Source: Lama glama
Taxonomy: Eukaryota
Assembly (NCBI GenBank): GCA_028534125.1
Contig: CM052816.1
Coordinates: forward strand, 26,724,001 to 26,788,000
Direction: 5' to 3'
Length of the DNA: 64,000 bases
Shown here: in pieces, positions 11,855 to 24,624 of the stretch
How positions within the stretch are numbered: position 1 is the stretch's first letter
Layout: each line of letters begins with the position of its first letter
Program-made: the position numbers and the translations under genes
The notes under the pieces: generated by a model
Seen by the model: the letters and a program-made list of their open reading frames with translations, nothing else
Database searches by the model: none
What the model was told of the DNA's origin: nothing

Positions 11855-12150
11855 CTGAAAACTCAAGAGCCGCCGGCGGGTGCGTGCGTGAGTGCGTATG
11901 TCTCGGTAAGCGTGCGGGAAAGTGTGCGCCCCCGGTGCGCTACATTCCTCTGGGCAGCGCGACGCTAAGCGCTAGAGATCCGGCTGCCCGGTACCTTCCC
12001 GGGCCGCAGACTAGGGATGGGGAGGCCTACGGAGGGCAGTAACACCGAGCGCCAGAGCGCGGGCGGACCCGGGCGCAGGACGATGCCGCCGTGGGCTGCT
12101 GCGCTCTGCCGCTACCGCGTCCCGGCTCCTCCGCTCCACGCTCTGGCAGC
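11855..12150 (-). other. PRDM6: PRDM6 non-coding exon 1 (5'UTR); TSS boundary approximate
   Basis: Strong donor CAG|gtaagc at 11855/11854, 486 nt upstream of the exon 2 acceptor, inside the promoter CpG island. The 5' end cannot be determined from sequence. Confidence 0.7.
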
Positions 12151-12195
12151 CTCCCGGCTGGACACGTGGGTTTTACGACAGCACAAAATACAGGA

Positions 12196-12226
12196 GTGTG
12201 TGGGTGTGTGGGTGGGGGGGGTGTGG

Positions 12227-12258
<32 letters not shown>

Positions 12259-12282
12259 GAGAGAGAGAAAGAGAGAGAGAGA
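12196..12282 (+). repeat. Compound (GT)n(GA)n microsatellite near the PRDM6 TSS
   Basis: Imperfect GT run to 12240 followed by GA run 12241-12282. Confidence 0.95.
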
Positions 12283-14167
12283 CACGGGGTTGGGGGGAGG
12301 CGGGAGGCAGGCCTGAAGAACCGAGGGGAGGGGAGTGGGAAGAAGGAAGTTCTAACTCGGCTGTATTCACACACTGCCTGTGCGCCTCTCCTGCGCTAAT
12401 ACCTCCTCCGCCCTCCCAACCCCCACTTTTTTTTTTTTTTGGCGTGACGTCTCTCGTTCGCCTGTTGTCTCTTTCTGCCCATGATATGTCTTTTCTAGGT
12501 GCCGGCTCACTGCTCTGGTCCTGAAAGCAATGGAAACGCGGAAACCAGAATGCTTCTCGGCACGCGCTCGGATGTCGGTATCGCAGCGGGCGCTCAGGGT
12601 CCGGCGAGTGGACAAAGTCCCGGCATCTGGTTTGCGCTTTTGCCGGACTCAGTTTTCCAGGAGTACCGCTGGATGCTGGAGTCGACTAGCCCGCGGCGCA
12701 ACCTCTAACATAAATCCTAGGTGGTGGGGGAGTGAGAGGGTAGTCTGGGGCGGGGTCGCTGGCGAGCTGGAAGGAAAACCTCAGCCCGTGGAGAAGGAGG
12801 CAGTTTTTGCCGAGATGGGAGGCGTGAGACCGAGGGTCTCTAAAGGACGCTGTTTCTGGAGGGACTCAAGCCGGGTCGCGGGGCTGGGAGGTGGCTGCAA
12901 TGGAGTCACACCGCCCAGCCTATCCACTCTCGAGTTTTCTACCTGGGGGGCTCGCTCATTTTCGCTTTTGGCACACAAGGCAAGTATCTAGAGCTACGTC
13001 TGATGGTACAGTTGTTCCCGGACACAGGCGAAGCTTGTTTGTCTTTGGCTGCCCCGACTGCCCCGGAGGGTCACGTATAGGTCTCTCGCCCCCAAACCTG
13101 GCGTCGGAGGTGCACGTGGGAGCGCAGCCCCTGCCCCACCCCTACCCCCGCCTTGCGTACTCCCCGCGCCTTGGACCGAGGCAGCCCTTCCAGCCGTGGT
13201 TTCACAGCCACGAATTAGGCGTCCACCCCAAGCTTTCCAGGAGTTCTCAGTAGTCAGTGAGCTGAGGGCTCCGACCCGCCGTGTGAAATTGACCCTCTCA
13301 GGAGCTTTCTCATCGCCGGAGTTCTGTCCACACCTCCGAGAGAAGAAGTAACATTTGTCTTTCCTCAAACAAACCAACTTATTTAGCACCCGCCACTCTG
13401 AACAACTAATAGCCATTCTTTTTGTCTTCCCACCACTCATTTCATCTGAGCCTGAGAAATGCGATGTTTACACTTTGTCCGGGTCTCACGCAGGATGCCT
13501 TGGTGCTGGATGGAACAGAGTTGGACCGAGAATGTTTTGACTGGCGTCGCTGTGACAAGGTCATCAGTCATCCTTGGATAGATTGATAGTACCCAAGTTT
13601 AAGGCAAATACCTCGAGGGAAAACCCACGGTGCCGCGGACCCCGAGGCTAACCAGGCAGTCTCTCTGCGTGCTTTGAACAACTCCATCGGGAGGACAGGA
13701 TGAAGTTCTAGGCCTTTTTCAGTTAATCTGCTGCAGAACTGCTGAAGAGTAGCTGTTGCACGAAGGGAGAAGAGGCACACTCTGTCTTTCTCACAGTCTC
13801 CCGGTTCATTGCTGAGAAACGAGACTTCTCTGTTCTCTGGGAGAGACAGAGCACCCTGGGTGGGAGCCCGGATACTGCGGCAGCGGCCCCGCCGCCTTCT
13901 TGTTTTTGTGCAGACCGTCTACTTACAAGTACTCGGTCCCCAAAACTGACTGTCCCAAAGAACTCCTCCCCGAACTGCCCCTTAAACACGCTTGAAAATC
14001 TCGGAATTTTGAGACGCTAGCTGCAGCATCTGCTCCCGAGGCCTCTTGCCGCCCACACTCTGGGAAGCCCGGGAGTTCTCTTCCTAATAAAGACTAACTA
14101 ACCATTTGTGAGAGCTTTCCACAAGTCAGGCGTGGGTAGGAGCTTCGAGTAAGCAACCATGCGGAGA

Positions 14168-14290
14168 AAGCATTATCACTAACCCCCATATTACAGATGG
14201 GGACACTGAGGCTCAGAAAGGTTAGGTAGGTGCCTGAGGTAAATGTCGTTAATTGGTGATGGAGACAGATACAAACCCCGGTCAATGAGG
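14168..14290 (-). mobile_element. MIR SINE
   Basis: cccatattacagatggggacactgaggctcagaaaggttaggta MIR core. Confidence 0.8.
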
Positions 14291-17200
14291 CACCAAGTGC
14301 ATTTTCCTGCCCACCCTAGTCCGGAAGGACTGGCTCCTGAGGGCTGTGGGAGCACCTGTGGAGGAGATTTGGCTCCCCTCGCTGAGGGGACCCCGGGGAG
14401 AAGCAGAGACTCCAGCGGAACCCACCTCCCCCTCTATGCCTGTGTGTGGTGTCCCTGGCCCTACAGATTCAAGGACCTCCCTCGGTCCAAGGCGTACGGA
14501 GGTCTCGAGGCGATGGGACCCTACAGCCCAAAGGCCTTAGGGAACTCGTGTAAAGGAAGTGGGCGAACGTTAGAGAGGGCGCTCAGAGGGCCCAGGAGTC
14601 CAGAAGGGCACGAAAAGGTCTGGGGATGGGAGTGGGGGGAGCTTTGGGGGATCTGAGCATCCCGAGAGTCTCCCCAGCAGGCTCACGCATGATGCGGGGC
14701 GGGGGCCCCTGCTCGTAACCTGAGTTCCAGGAGGCGGGCAGGGCCTGGCTGGGGCATAGGTCAGCGAGCCCCACCCCAGGGCGCACTCGGGCTGCCTAGG
14801 CTGGCCAGCCGGCGCCCGGGGCCGCTTTCCGCTCACCCAGCTGATCCCGGACTGCTTCGTAATTGCCATCCCGTCACGTCCGGAAGTTTTTAGAAAGTGA
14901 ACCCAGCAATCACAAGGACATGCACCCCTCAAATCCGCGCCCCTCTTCATTATTTAGAAGACCAATGAAACAAATCATTTCGACCACTTAGGAAGCGATC
15001 AAACCTTTATAAAAATCCATCGCTCCCAAATAGATGAGTGAATATTTGCTGGGAATTTGTTCCAGAGGAATAAATAAGGAGCGTGAGTGTATTAAATGCA
15101 AAGGAGGGGCACGGTGGTGTTTTTCTTCATTGATTAATGACCTCTAAAATAAAACAAGTGGGAAGAGGAGCTAGGATCGATAAATTAACTACCCAAATTC
15201 ATCATTTTCTCGAGCAATTTTTTTTTCCTGAAAATTATCCTTAGAAAGCCATTGTACCCTTAGCTTGGAGGGGAAGTGGTGGGTAGGGGTGAGGGTAGGG
15301 ACAGAGCAGGGAGGGAAAGGCCAGAAGGGGAAGGAAAGCAAAAAGAGGATTCTGTCTGGGAGACTATCTGATTTCGTTTGACATACATTTTTAAAGTTTG
15401 CCTTTCCTATTAATTATTTTTTCCTGTGGAGGAGGGGAACAAAAGGTCGGTTGCCTTTGACAGGACTCCAATAAAGGATTCAGCAGCTCTCCTGTCTGCC
15501 CTGGGCTCTCCCTCTTCTAGGTTTAAGGTCATGGGTGGCTGAGTTAATAATTCATTAATATAGACATTTATTCAGAAGGGTTCTCTGAGATCCACTTTCC
15601 TGGTCTCCTCCCAGAGATTTATTTGCCTGGGAAATGGATGGCGGTGGGTGGGGGGCACTGCAGGTGAAAGAAGGGGAGGAGAAAAAGGAAAATGAAAAGG
15701 GAGGACAGACACAGCTAGAAGGAATCTTTGTTTAGCCAGATTAGTAGACAGGTCCCTCTAGCCTGCCATTAAAAACTTGGTTGAAAATGTGACATCCAAA
15801 TGGCACAGGGACTCTGCCTCCAGTGGTCCTTTTTCCTACTTCTACATCTGTTCATTCACACTTATTCTAAAAGTTCCATTTCTCCATTCTTTAGGATGGG
15901 GAAGGGCCACCTGACTGAGGACTTTGGAACGCAGGCAAAGGGGGAAATCTCTGGAAAGAGACCACCCTAGCCTCCATCCCTATTAAGTTCCCAAGGGAAG
16001 AGCTTTGCAACTTGCCCAGAACTGGAATCTCAAGGAGGCTCCCCTCCTCAGGGCACAGGCAGCTTCTGGTGGATGTTCTATCTCCTCAGAAAGGGGCTGT
16101 GGGGACTTTAAAACAAAACAAAACCAAACCAAACAACATCCAGATTCCCATGAAGTTTACACTGTGGGGGGTAGAGACAAAGAGTAAACAATGAACAAGT
16201 AATTGTCAGATAGCAGTAAGTCGAAAGCACTAAAGAAAGGATCAGAGGAGGGATGAGGGCAGTAGGTGCAGTAGGTGGAGTGTGTTACTATTTTAAATAC
16301 AATGGTCAGAGAAGGCTTCTCCTGTAAGGTGAAATCTGGAGAGAGACATAAAGCAAGAGGAGGCGGATTTTGTGCCCAGAGTGGGGCATTCCCTGCCCTA
16401 ACCTGTGACTCAGGAGTGAACAGAGTAAAAGGGGCTTCCCCTGAAGAAGCCCCAAGGCACTGGGTAAGGCTCCTGCCTCCTCAGCCTCTGGCCGTACTTG
16501 GCTCCCTTTGCTCTCACCTGTTCCCACAAGAGGCTGGTGAGCTACTCAATATCCTTTCAAATACATCTGTTCACTGTTTACATCAGCTGAAGTCACCTCT
16601 GCTGCTGGGGACTTAGGACTCTACACAGTGACTTATTCCAAACTGGGCCTCATTTTCTCAATGATCAAGCAGAAGGATGGGAGTCATGTGACTTTCTACT
16701 CAAAGCTCTTTATCAAGCAGCTCCCAAATTCTGCCCTTCCTCTCTACCACGCTTTATACCCCCACCTTCTGTATGCCATGAGCCGAAGGGGTGTGGTGTG
16801 TCAAATGCATTGAGAACCTGAAAACAAGAAAACCTACACCATTTATTTGAATCACTGCCATTTTCCCACTGATTGCATCTTCACTCAAACTTGTCCCAAT
16901 GTCAGCTACCTTCTGAAGCGAGAGTGTGAAGAGTAAGATGCAGGAGGCAGAAGGAGCTTTTAGAGTTTAGTCTGGAGAAGTCAGCTCTCCCCTGATGATG
17001 CATCGTGAGCCTGGCCGTTCTTGCAAGGCCTTGGCAGTTTTATACATGTCTCCTCTGCTTTCCTCCTGTCCCAACAGTATTGGGGAGGCAAGCTCCTCAC
17101 TTTGCCAGGTCAAAGATGGTCTCTGGGGCTGAGACACCAAGCTTGGCCCATTTCTGACCACTCTCATACTCTGCCAAGATCACCGCAGACAGCACCTGTT

Positions 17201-18331
17201 CACTTGAAATGCAGCTCAGTCCTCCAGCTCCTTTCACCCTGGTCACCTGACAGCTGTCACTCAAACAATGCCTCTCAGCCACCACAGGCCTGATTTGGAT
17301 TTGACCTATTGACCTCGAGGTGAAAGGCTGGACAGTCCATTACAAATCCCTGGGGCCAGTTAATTCTCCCAGGAAAGCCTCTAAATATATCCTTTCCATT
17401 TGTAGGGAAATCAGCTATTATTATTTGCAAAGATCTCATGAGTTTAAAACATACCACAGCAGTTCAATCCCATAAAGATTTAATGAATAGCCACTAAGTG
17501 AAAAACAGCTGCTCTTTTTTCTTGAAGTCTTGACAAGTAAGGGGAAGGGTAATAATTGGACAAAGGGAACTGTCCCTTCAGTAACTCAACGGTCCCTTCA
17601 TTATCTCCTTCCCACCCACCCTTCCCCCAAAAGTTTGCTCTTCCATTATTCCAAGCAGCTGTAAGAGCAAACAAGCCCAATTGGAAGTTACCTACCTACA
17701 AATGACCAGCTATGTATAATATCTGATGAGCACCTACTGTGTGCAAGAGAATTAGTAGGGATCTTTGGGATAATCTCCTTTGAAACTCTTCTAGCAAGTG
17801 CTACCTGGTTCTAATACAGTCTTCCTTTGGTTACCAGTTTGTTGCCTAAATTAGTTGAAGCCTGTAGGCCTTGAGTTATAACCAGGATAAAGCAAGCATA
17901 TTGCAGTGCATCTGTTTGAATTTTAGAACATAGGCTCTTGCTGGATCACATTCTGAGGTTGGTGGATTCTAGTGGATGCTGGTTTCCCTGAGTGCCCAGC
18001 AATAGTCTCTAAGAGCCAGGATGGTTTCCAGGTACCCCCATAAATGAGAGGGCCCTGAGGCCTTTCCCTCAAGCCAGCATGAGGAAAAAGGACTCCCACA
18101 GAGGCTTTTACCTGGGGAACCCCAGAAGCTTGACAGCCCCCTCATCCTCCACTCTCCTGGCTGGATTGGTGCCTGCTCTTACCCTCCTCCGAGACAGGGG
18201 ATCAAAGGATGACACTGAGGCTTGTTTTTATTGTATTATTTTTGGTGAGTCTATGTTCTTTTTTAAAAAAGCCTCTCAGTTAAAAAAAAAAAAAGAACCT
18301 ATTCTCAGTTTCCTTTATGGAACTGGAAAAC

Positions 18332-18455
18332 TTTTTTTTTTAAATTGAAGTATAGTTGATTTACAATTTGTATTAGTTTCTGGTGTATAGCATAGTGATT
18401 CAGTTATATATATATACATATTCTTTTGCATATTCATTAGCTCATAATAAGCTAT
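18332..18455 (-). mobile_element. Short L1 3' end
   Basis: polyT then aattgaagtatagttgatttacaat...tttctggtgtatagcatagtgattcagt, the same 3' tail as the L1s at 30753 and 56543. Confidence 0.85.
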
Positions 18456-20259
18456 AGTGAAAAGAATATGGAAAACCTGTCTTTTAACCAAAATAAAGAC
18501 ACTGTGGAGGATGCTGTGGGGAAAACCAAAAGAGTAGAAATTCAGTGCCCCTGTCTTCAATGATCTGATACTGAGGAAATCTTTCAGAGACTCAGCCTTC
18601 CCTCTCCAGTTCCCAGGACCTGGAACCAGTGAGTGGCAGAGGATTTCAGAAGAGGAAGCCATCCTTTAGGCTAAGAGATAATCAAGCAAAGCTTCACAAA
18701 CGAGAGAGATCGTAAAAATCTTTTGCATTCAGGAGGGTAGAGAGGAACTGAGGAAAAGCATTTGAGGACAAGGGAACTGCCTGAGAAAATAAACTGTCTA
18801 TTACCTGGGAGGCCAGGTGATTTTTCTTCCTCCATTCATGAGAATAATGATTGGCTAGCTGGCTGCCCCCTCTCCAAGGGCCAGAATGCCATCTCCTGGG
18901 GTCCCTGCATGGACCCCATAGTTACAGTCCATAGATCCAGAAAAATGTTTTCATGAGAATGTCCTGACCCAATATGCTGAAATTTAGATCTGAAAATCAA
19001 CTCACAATTAAGATAACCGAAAACCAGTTGAGGGCTGCAAGATGAAGCCATCAGCAGAGCAGAAATGGCACTGGCCCATGATTTGGTAAGATGGCAACTC
19101 CATTTCCTGACTCTGGATGATGTAACCTATGACCCTCTGAACTGCTCTTTTTAAACTGTAAAGAATTATGCAAAAATATATAATATACATTTATTTTTAT
19201 ACATATATAAAAGAGCAGTGATCTAGATCTTTCTGAAGTAAAAGCCATATAGGAAAATGTTTTAGAATAGGCAGATATGTTTTCCAAGGATCCTTACAGA
19301 CTGTGGTTAATCCCCCTTTAAAAGAAAAAAAAAGAATTACAGAACAATGACAAGAATCTTGAATCTTAAAGAAAAAAATCATTTTTTCACTGACAAGACT
19401 GCTAGATTCTTACGTAGAACTAAAAAAAAGACTATATATAATTATATAATACATTCTTACTGCATTTTTATAATGCAGTAATTGACAAGTGACACTGAAA
19501 CATTGATTGGAAAAGTAACATTTAAAAATTCAGTAATTAGCAATTTGGCGTTTTAAGATATTGTTAAGTTTGGCCATATTTCGGGCATTTCCTCCTTGTC
19601 TACATTGGCAAACATCTTCAATTGAAACATATGCTTGAGTGGACAAGTATTTTATTTGGCAGCAATCTAATAGTTTAAGTATAGATTTCAAAATCAAATG
19701 TTTGCTCCATAAGCAAATGTTTTCCAACAGCAGCATTTTTCACAATTGTTTCCTCAAAATAAATGTTTGTCTTGGAGCCAGCAGAGGTGGCCAAGCAGTC
19801 CAGAAAACATCTTCCATAAATCCATCACTACTATTCTGTCACCTTCAAGATTCTTTATTGGTCACATTGTCTTATGGATTGCCCTGGGTTGCTCCACAAG
19901 GCTGATCCCTCAAAATGCTCTATAAAGCAAGGGCAAGTATATTCAAAATGATTTTTTCCTGTGGTAAAAATGAATCAGAAACACCTGAACATTTAGCAAT
20001 GTTTTATTTCACTTGTGCAGATGCCATTTTATTTGTGATATGATTATTGGCACTGTTTTCTCATTTCCAGATATGGAGTTGTGAAAGTGAGTGACATGGG
20101 CCCCTTCACTCCCTTCTCCCAATAAAAAGGATCGAGGATCAAGTTGGTGTGAGTCTCTGAGTGACTGTGTATGTGTGTATGAAGATAGAGGACCACTGTG
20201 ATTTGTCCCCCAAGGGTGTTAAGAAGAATCTGGGATGATGCAGTCTGGCTGTATTACTG

Positions 20260-21420
20260 AGGATTCTTCCGATTGCAGGTGACAGAACTTAAATTAAACT
20301 GATAATTCCTTTTTAAAAAAAAAAAAAGGATTCAATGACTCATATGAAAAACCGGGTTGCGGGGTTTCAGGTATAGATGCATTCAGAGGTTCAACCAACC
20401 TCAGGAAGTCTTAATCTCTCTCATTTCTAGCTTCTGCCTTCCTCTGTTCTAACTTGAATCTCAGGCAAAGTCTACCATATGGTTGTCCCTAGCAGCTCCA
20501 AGCTTGCCTTATTCTTCTAGACAGAAGTCCCAAGGAAAAGGTCCACTTAACCCCTGTTTCAGCAAAAGTTCTAGAGTTGAGTCTTAACAGGCTAATTTGA
20601 GTCCCTCAATTATCCCTGAACTAACCATTGCAACCAAAGAAATAGCATATATTAACTGCCCAGGTCTGGACATTACCCCTGACCAAACCACATAGACTGA
20701 AGTTGAGAAGGAATAGCTTTCCAAAGGAAAACCAGGGTGCTGTTACTAGAAGAGTAGGGGTGAATACTGACAAGCAAATAGGAGATGTCCTCTCCACTAA
20801 GAAGTTTTCGCCTGCTAATACTTTCGGTCCCTTTTTGTAAGGAATATTACCATTGACAAGTCCTAGGCTGCTCACAGTGAATCTCTCTTCACTTACTAGA
20901 CAATATGCAGCAGTACTATACGTCCCTTCCCAAAGCCACCATGACTATCTCCTACAAGCAGAGCCTTAACTAGTAACTGGCTCCAAGAGCAAGTCATTTT
21001 GTGACACACAACAGCTGACTGACCCAACACCCATTAGCAACCCTTTTGTCCCTACTCACTTTCTAGGACTGATTAAGAAGTAGCCAATGAAATATAAGTT
21101 CTTGGGTAAAACTTTCAAGAAAGATTTTAAAAAGAGTTATCTTCAGCTGCCATGCCCTTTAGATTTTTGACTTTTGTCCTTTGCCTTTTCTTATTTCTTC
21201 TATCCTGGAACACAAACACAATGAAGGGAGGTAAAAATCATCTTGCAATGCTCAAGAAGAAAGCTACAGGCTAAATGTGGAAGAGCCAGGATGTAGAAGG
21301 AGCCCAGGTCCCATGTGGAATCATTAAATTACATTCCTAGCCTTGGACTATCTACCTGTAGACTTCTTCAGCAAGACAAACAACACTATACTTGCAGCCA
21401 AATGCAATCTAATCAATACA
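20260..21420. mobile_element. Old MaLR (MLT1-type) LTR fragments
   Basis: Degenerate MLT1-like motifs, e.g. terminal tacttgcagccaaatgcaatctaatcaataca and ttgcaggtgacagaac; probably more than one element. Confidence 0.45.
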
Positions 21421-22679
21421 CAAACCTCCCAATCATTCACAGAATTTGTGATGTGGTTTACCATAAGGTTTTGTTAATTAGAACACCATCTGGTGGTTCC
21501 CTATTTTTAACTAACTACTCTAGCTAACTAGGTGCTAAGCTCATGATTTCTATGCTTTTGGAAGTTGAATACTGTCAACATAGGCATTTTAGTTAGACAG
21601 ACATTATAGTTAGTGAATATAACTCAATCAGAACATTTAGATTCAAACCTAGCTCCAAAACTTAAATTAGTAGCTGTGTGGCCTCAGATTAAGTTACTTA
21701 ACATTTATGTATGCCACAGACCTCATCTATAAATCCCTAGTGTTGTTATGAGCATTCAGTGTGTTAGTCCTGGGAAAATATTAAGAACATAGAAGGTATT
21801 CTATGTTGTATCTTATTATGCACATTGCCTTTTTTTTTTGGATTCTTAAAGATTTATGTCTCCTACCTTTTGGTATCATGGAAGTAATGCCAGTTAACAC
21901 ATATAGCTCAGCAATGGACACACAGCATGTAGACAGAAATGGTTAATTGTTCAGTTCCTTGTCTTCTTGTTTGCCCTCCCACTTCCATAGGGTGGAGACA
22001 GTTGGCTCCAAGGACAGTTGGCACTTCCAAAGTTAGGCTGTCAGTTTCCTTATTCAACTCTTGTGGGAAACCAAGGTTAATTATATTTTTACCTCTAAAT
22101 GTTTGAGCCAGAACCCTATCCATATGTAGACAGTGTTGTCAGGACAGTCAGTATGCCATATTTACCATATACCTCATCCCCTCTCTTGCAATTTGATTCC
22201 AGTCACTTTCAAGATATTTATTCTGATGTTTGGACTGATCTCCTAAATGCACATTTACTTGCTTTGGCTTAATATATTCTCTCTTTAACTGTAAGAAAAA
22301 GCTGGATATGGAATCAATAATTATGATGGAGAACATATGTATTTCACACAAAAAGAAATGCCTCAACAAAAATACATGCTGTTTAGAATCCATAACAGGT
22401 AGGCTAAGTGGCAGGTCACGGTCTTGATCATTAGGATACCCACCTTGGGTTTAACTGGTTAACTTAATACCCCTAGACCCACAACCCAAGTACATGCTGT
22501 TTGCCAGGAAAAGGACTGGGTTTCAGGATAAAGATAAATACTTTCAGCTAAAATTTACTGAGCATAGACTTTGTGCCAAGTCATGGATTAAGTGTTTTTC
22601 ATGTATTATTTTATGTAATAGCCCCTTTGATATGAGTTACTTTGTAAGAGAAACATTTACATTTTTTCTTTACAGTTAT

Positions 22680-23570
22680 ATTACCTTAGAATGCATCTCT
22701 AAACAATATACTTCATGTCACTGTTTTTGAACTTGATGAACAGAGTCATACTGAATGCTTTCTTTAGAATCTTACTCCTTTTGCTCAAAATTACCTTTGT
22801 AAGTTTTATCCCCATTGCTGTGTGTGACTAAGTTCACTCATTTTTAATGCTGTGTTTTATAAGAATGCACCATAATTTACCCATTTTACTGCTGATGGAC
22901 ATTTGGATTATTTTCATTATTTGGTTATTATGAAAAATGCCACTATGAACATTCTTAAACCTGTATGCATAAATGTGTAAGGTTCTGTATGGTGTAGACC
23001 CAGGAGTGAATTTGCTGGATCATAGGGGTTTTATGACTTAAACTTTAGTAGAAAGTGCCAACTGTTTTCAAAAATAGTTACATTAATTTGTACTCCCACA
23101 AGGAATGGGAGAGAGTTTTTGCTATATCACACTTTGTTAACACTTGGCAGTTGTTAGTTTTTTAAATGTTTGTCGATCTGGTGGCAATTTTTGGTATTTT
23201 GATATTAATTGGCATTTCCCTGATTACTAATGAGTTGAACACCATTTTATTTGGTCACTGGCTATTTAGAGTTTCTCTTTTTTTGTGATGCTTATACTTT
23301 TGCATGATTTTATCTTGGGTTATGTTTTTTTTAGATCTTCATCTACAGAGTTTTTTTCTTTCTCATGTAGTCTACTTATGAGTTGTTTGTCAATAATATA
23401 CATTGCAAACATCTTCTCCCCTTCTGTGACTTAAATTTTCACTCTTTATGGGGTTTTAACTTTAATATAAAATGTTAATTTTGTGTGAGTAATGTTCGAT
23501 GCTTTTTAAAGAAATCTTTCCCTATCCTGAGATCATGAATATATTCTCCTATTTTTTTCCTAAAAAACTT
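22680..23570 (-). mobile_element. Ancient L1 (L1ME-like) 3' region
   Basis: T-rich; gatggacatttggattattttc, gtagacccaggagtgaatttgctggatcatag, atttccctgattactaatgag motifs. Confidence 0.75.
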
Positions 23571-23574
23571 GTTG

Positions 23575-23757
23575 AGCTTCCATTTCCAGCCAAGATGGAA
23601 TAACAGGGACTGGATTTATCTTCCTGTCCAAACGAATGGAGAAACTGAACAAAATGTATAAAACAATCTGTCAAAATATTGAACATTGGGCAGTGAAGGA
23701 CGGTGATTCCTGAGAGGTCAAAAGCAAATGAGATGAGCTCTACAATTGCCCCAGCTG
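23575..23757 (+). mobile_element. Ancient L1 5'-end fragment (L1M4-like)
   Basis: cttccatttccagccaagatggaataacagggactggattta... with the YY1-type CAAGATGG motif typical of L1 5' ends. Confidence 0.6.
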
Positions 23758-24564
23758 TTACTCATATAGTCGTCAAAACAGCCTTATCAGATAAGTTATT
23801 ATCAACCCAATTTTTGAAATTAAAAAATGGATGCCCACCGGGTTTTATACATTTATATGACTAACATATATGTAGTGCTTATAATAGTGTCTGGCATCTA
23901 GTAAGTACCCTATAAGTCTTTTTTATTGCATTATTCTATTTGTATAAGTAAGTTTGTTCTTCTTGTTTAAAATTGTGGGAATTTAGATACATAACTGGTG
24001 CTAAATGTTCAAGAGAAATACAATTTGTTAAATATGTGAATTACTTGAACATTAATCAAAAACAAATAGAAGTAATTGTTTCAATTTTATGTAAAATTAT
24101 TAGAGTTATAAATAAAATCCTCCCTCTTGCCCGGAGCTGCATCCTGAGCCCTTCCTACAGTCTAGTTATGTGAGCCAATGCATCCTCCTTTCTAAATGAG
24201 CCACTGACCACAAGGCTTTCTCTCACTGGCGAACTCTGTCTGACTCAAGTTTACCCATGTAAACTTACGTCAGAAAGTTCTTAACTTTTCACACAGGGTT
24301 AGGAAAATTAGACATTAACCCTCCTTGATCTTTTTTCCTGTTCCCCTCCCACTGCCTACTAAGGAGGTTCTCTGTATGAGGGTTCACCTCCACCCTGTAC
24401 TTCCAGGCACACCAACTGACTATTGGTGAATGGTGAAATCCTGATCTCAGGTTTATTGCAGTAGCATCACATTTATATTCAGGAATGCCAGGGGTTCTCA
24501 GATCTGGACTGAATAAAGTCACAATGCACTGTTTCTTTCATTCAGATTCTTCCATCAGTTTGGC

Positions 24565-24624
24565 CCTGAGCTAATTTGATATTCACTGCCTACTCCTGAG
24601 CTAATTTGATATCCACTGCCTACA
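24565..24624 (+). repeat. Tandem duplication, 2 x 30 bp
   Basis: cctgagctaatttgatattcactgcctact / cctgagctaatttgatatccactgcctaca (2 differences). Confidence 0.95.

Larger units (their letters stand above)
10250..14950. promoter_or_regulatory. PRDM6 promoter CpG island cluster
   Basis: Dense CpG and high GC spanning exon 2, intron 1, exon 1 and upstream flank, against AT-rich CpG-poor neighbours. Confidence 0.85.
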
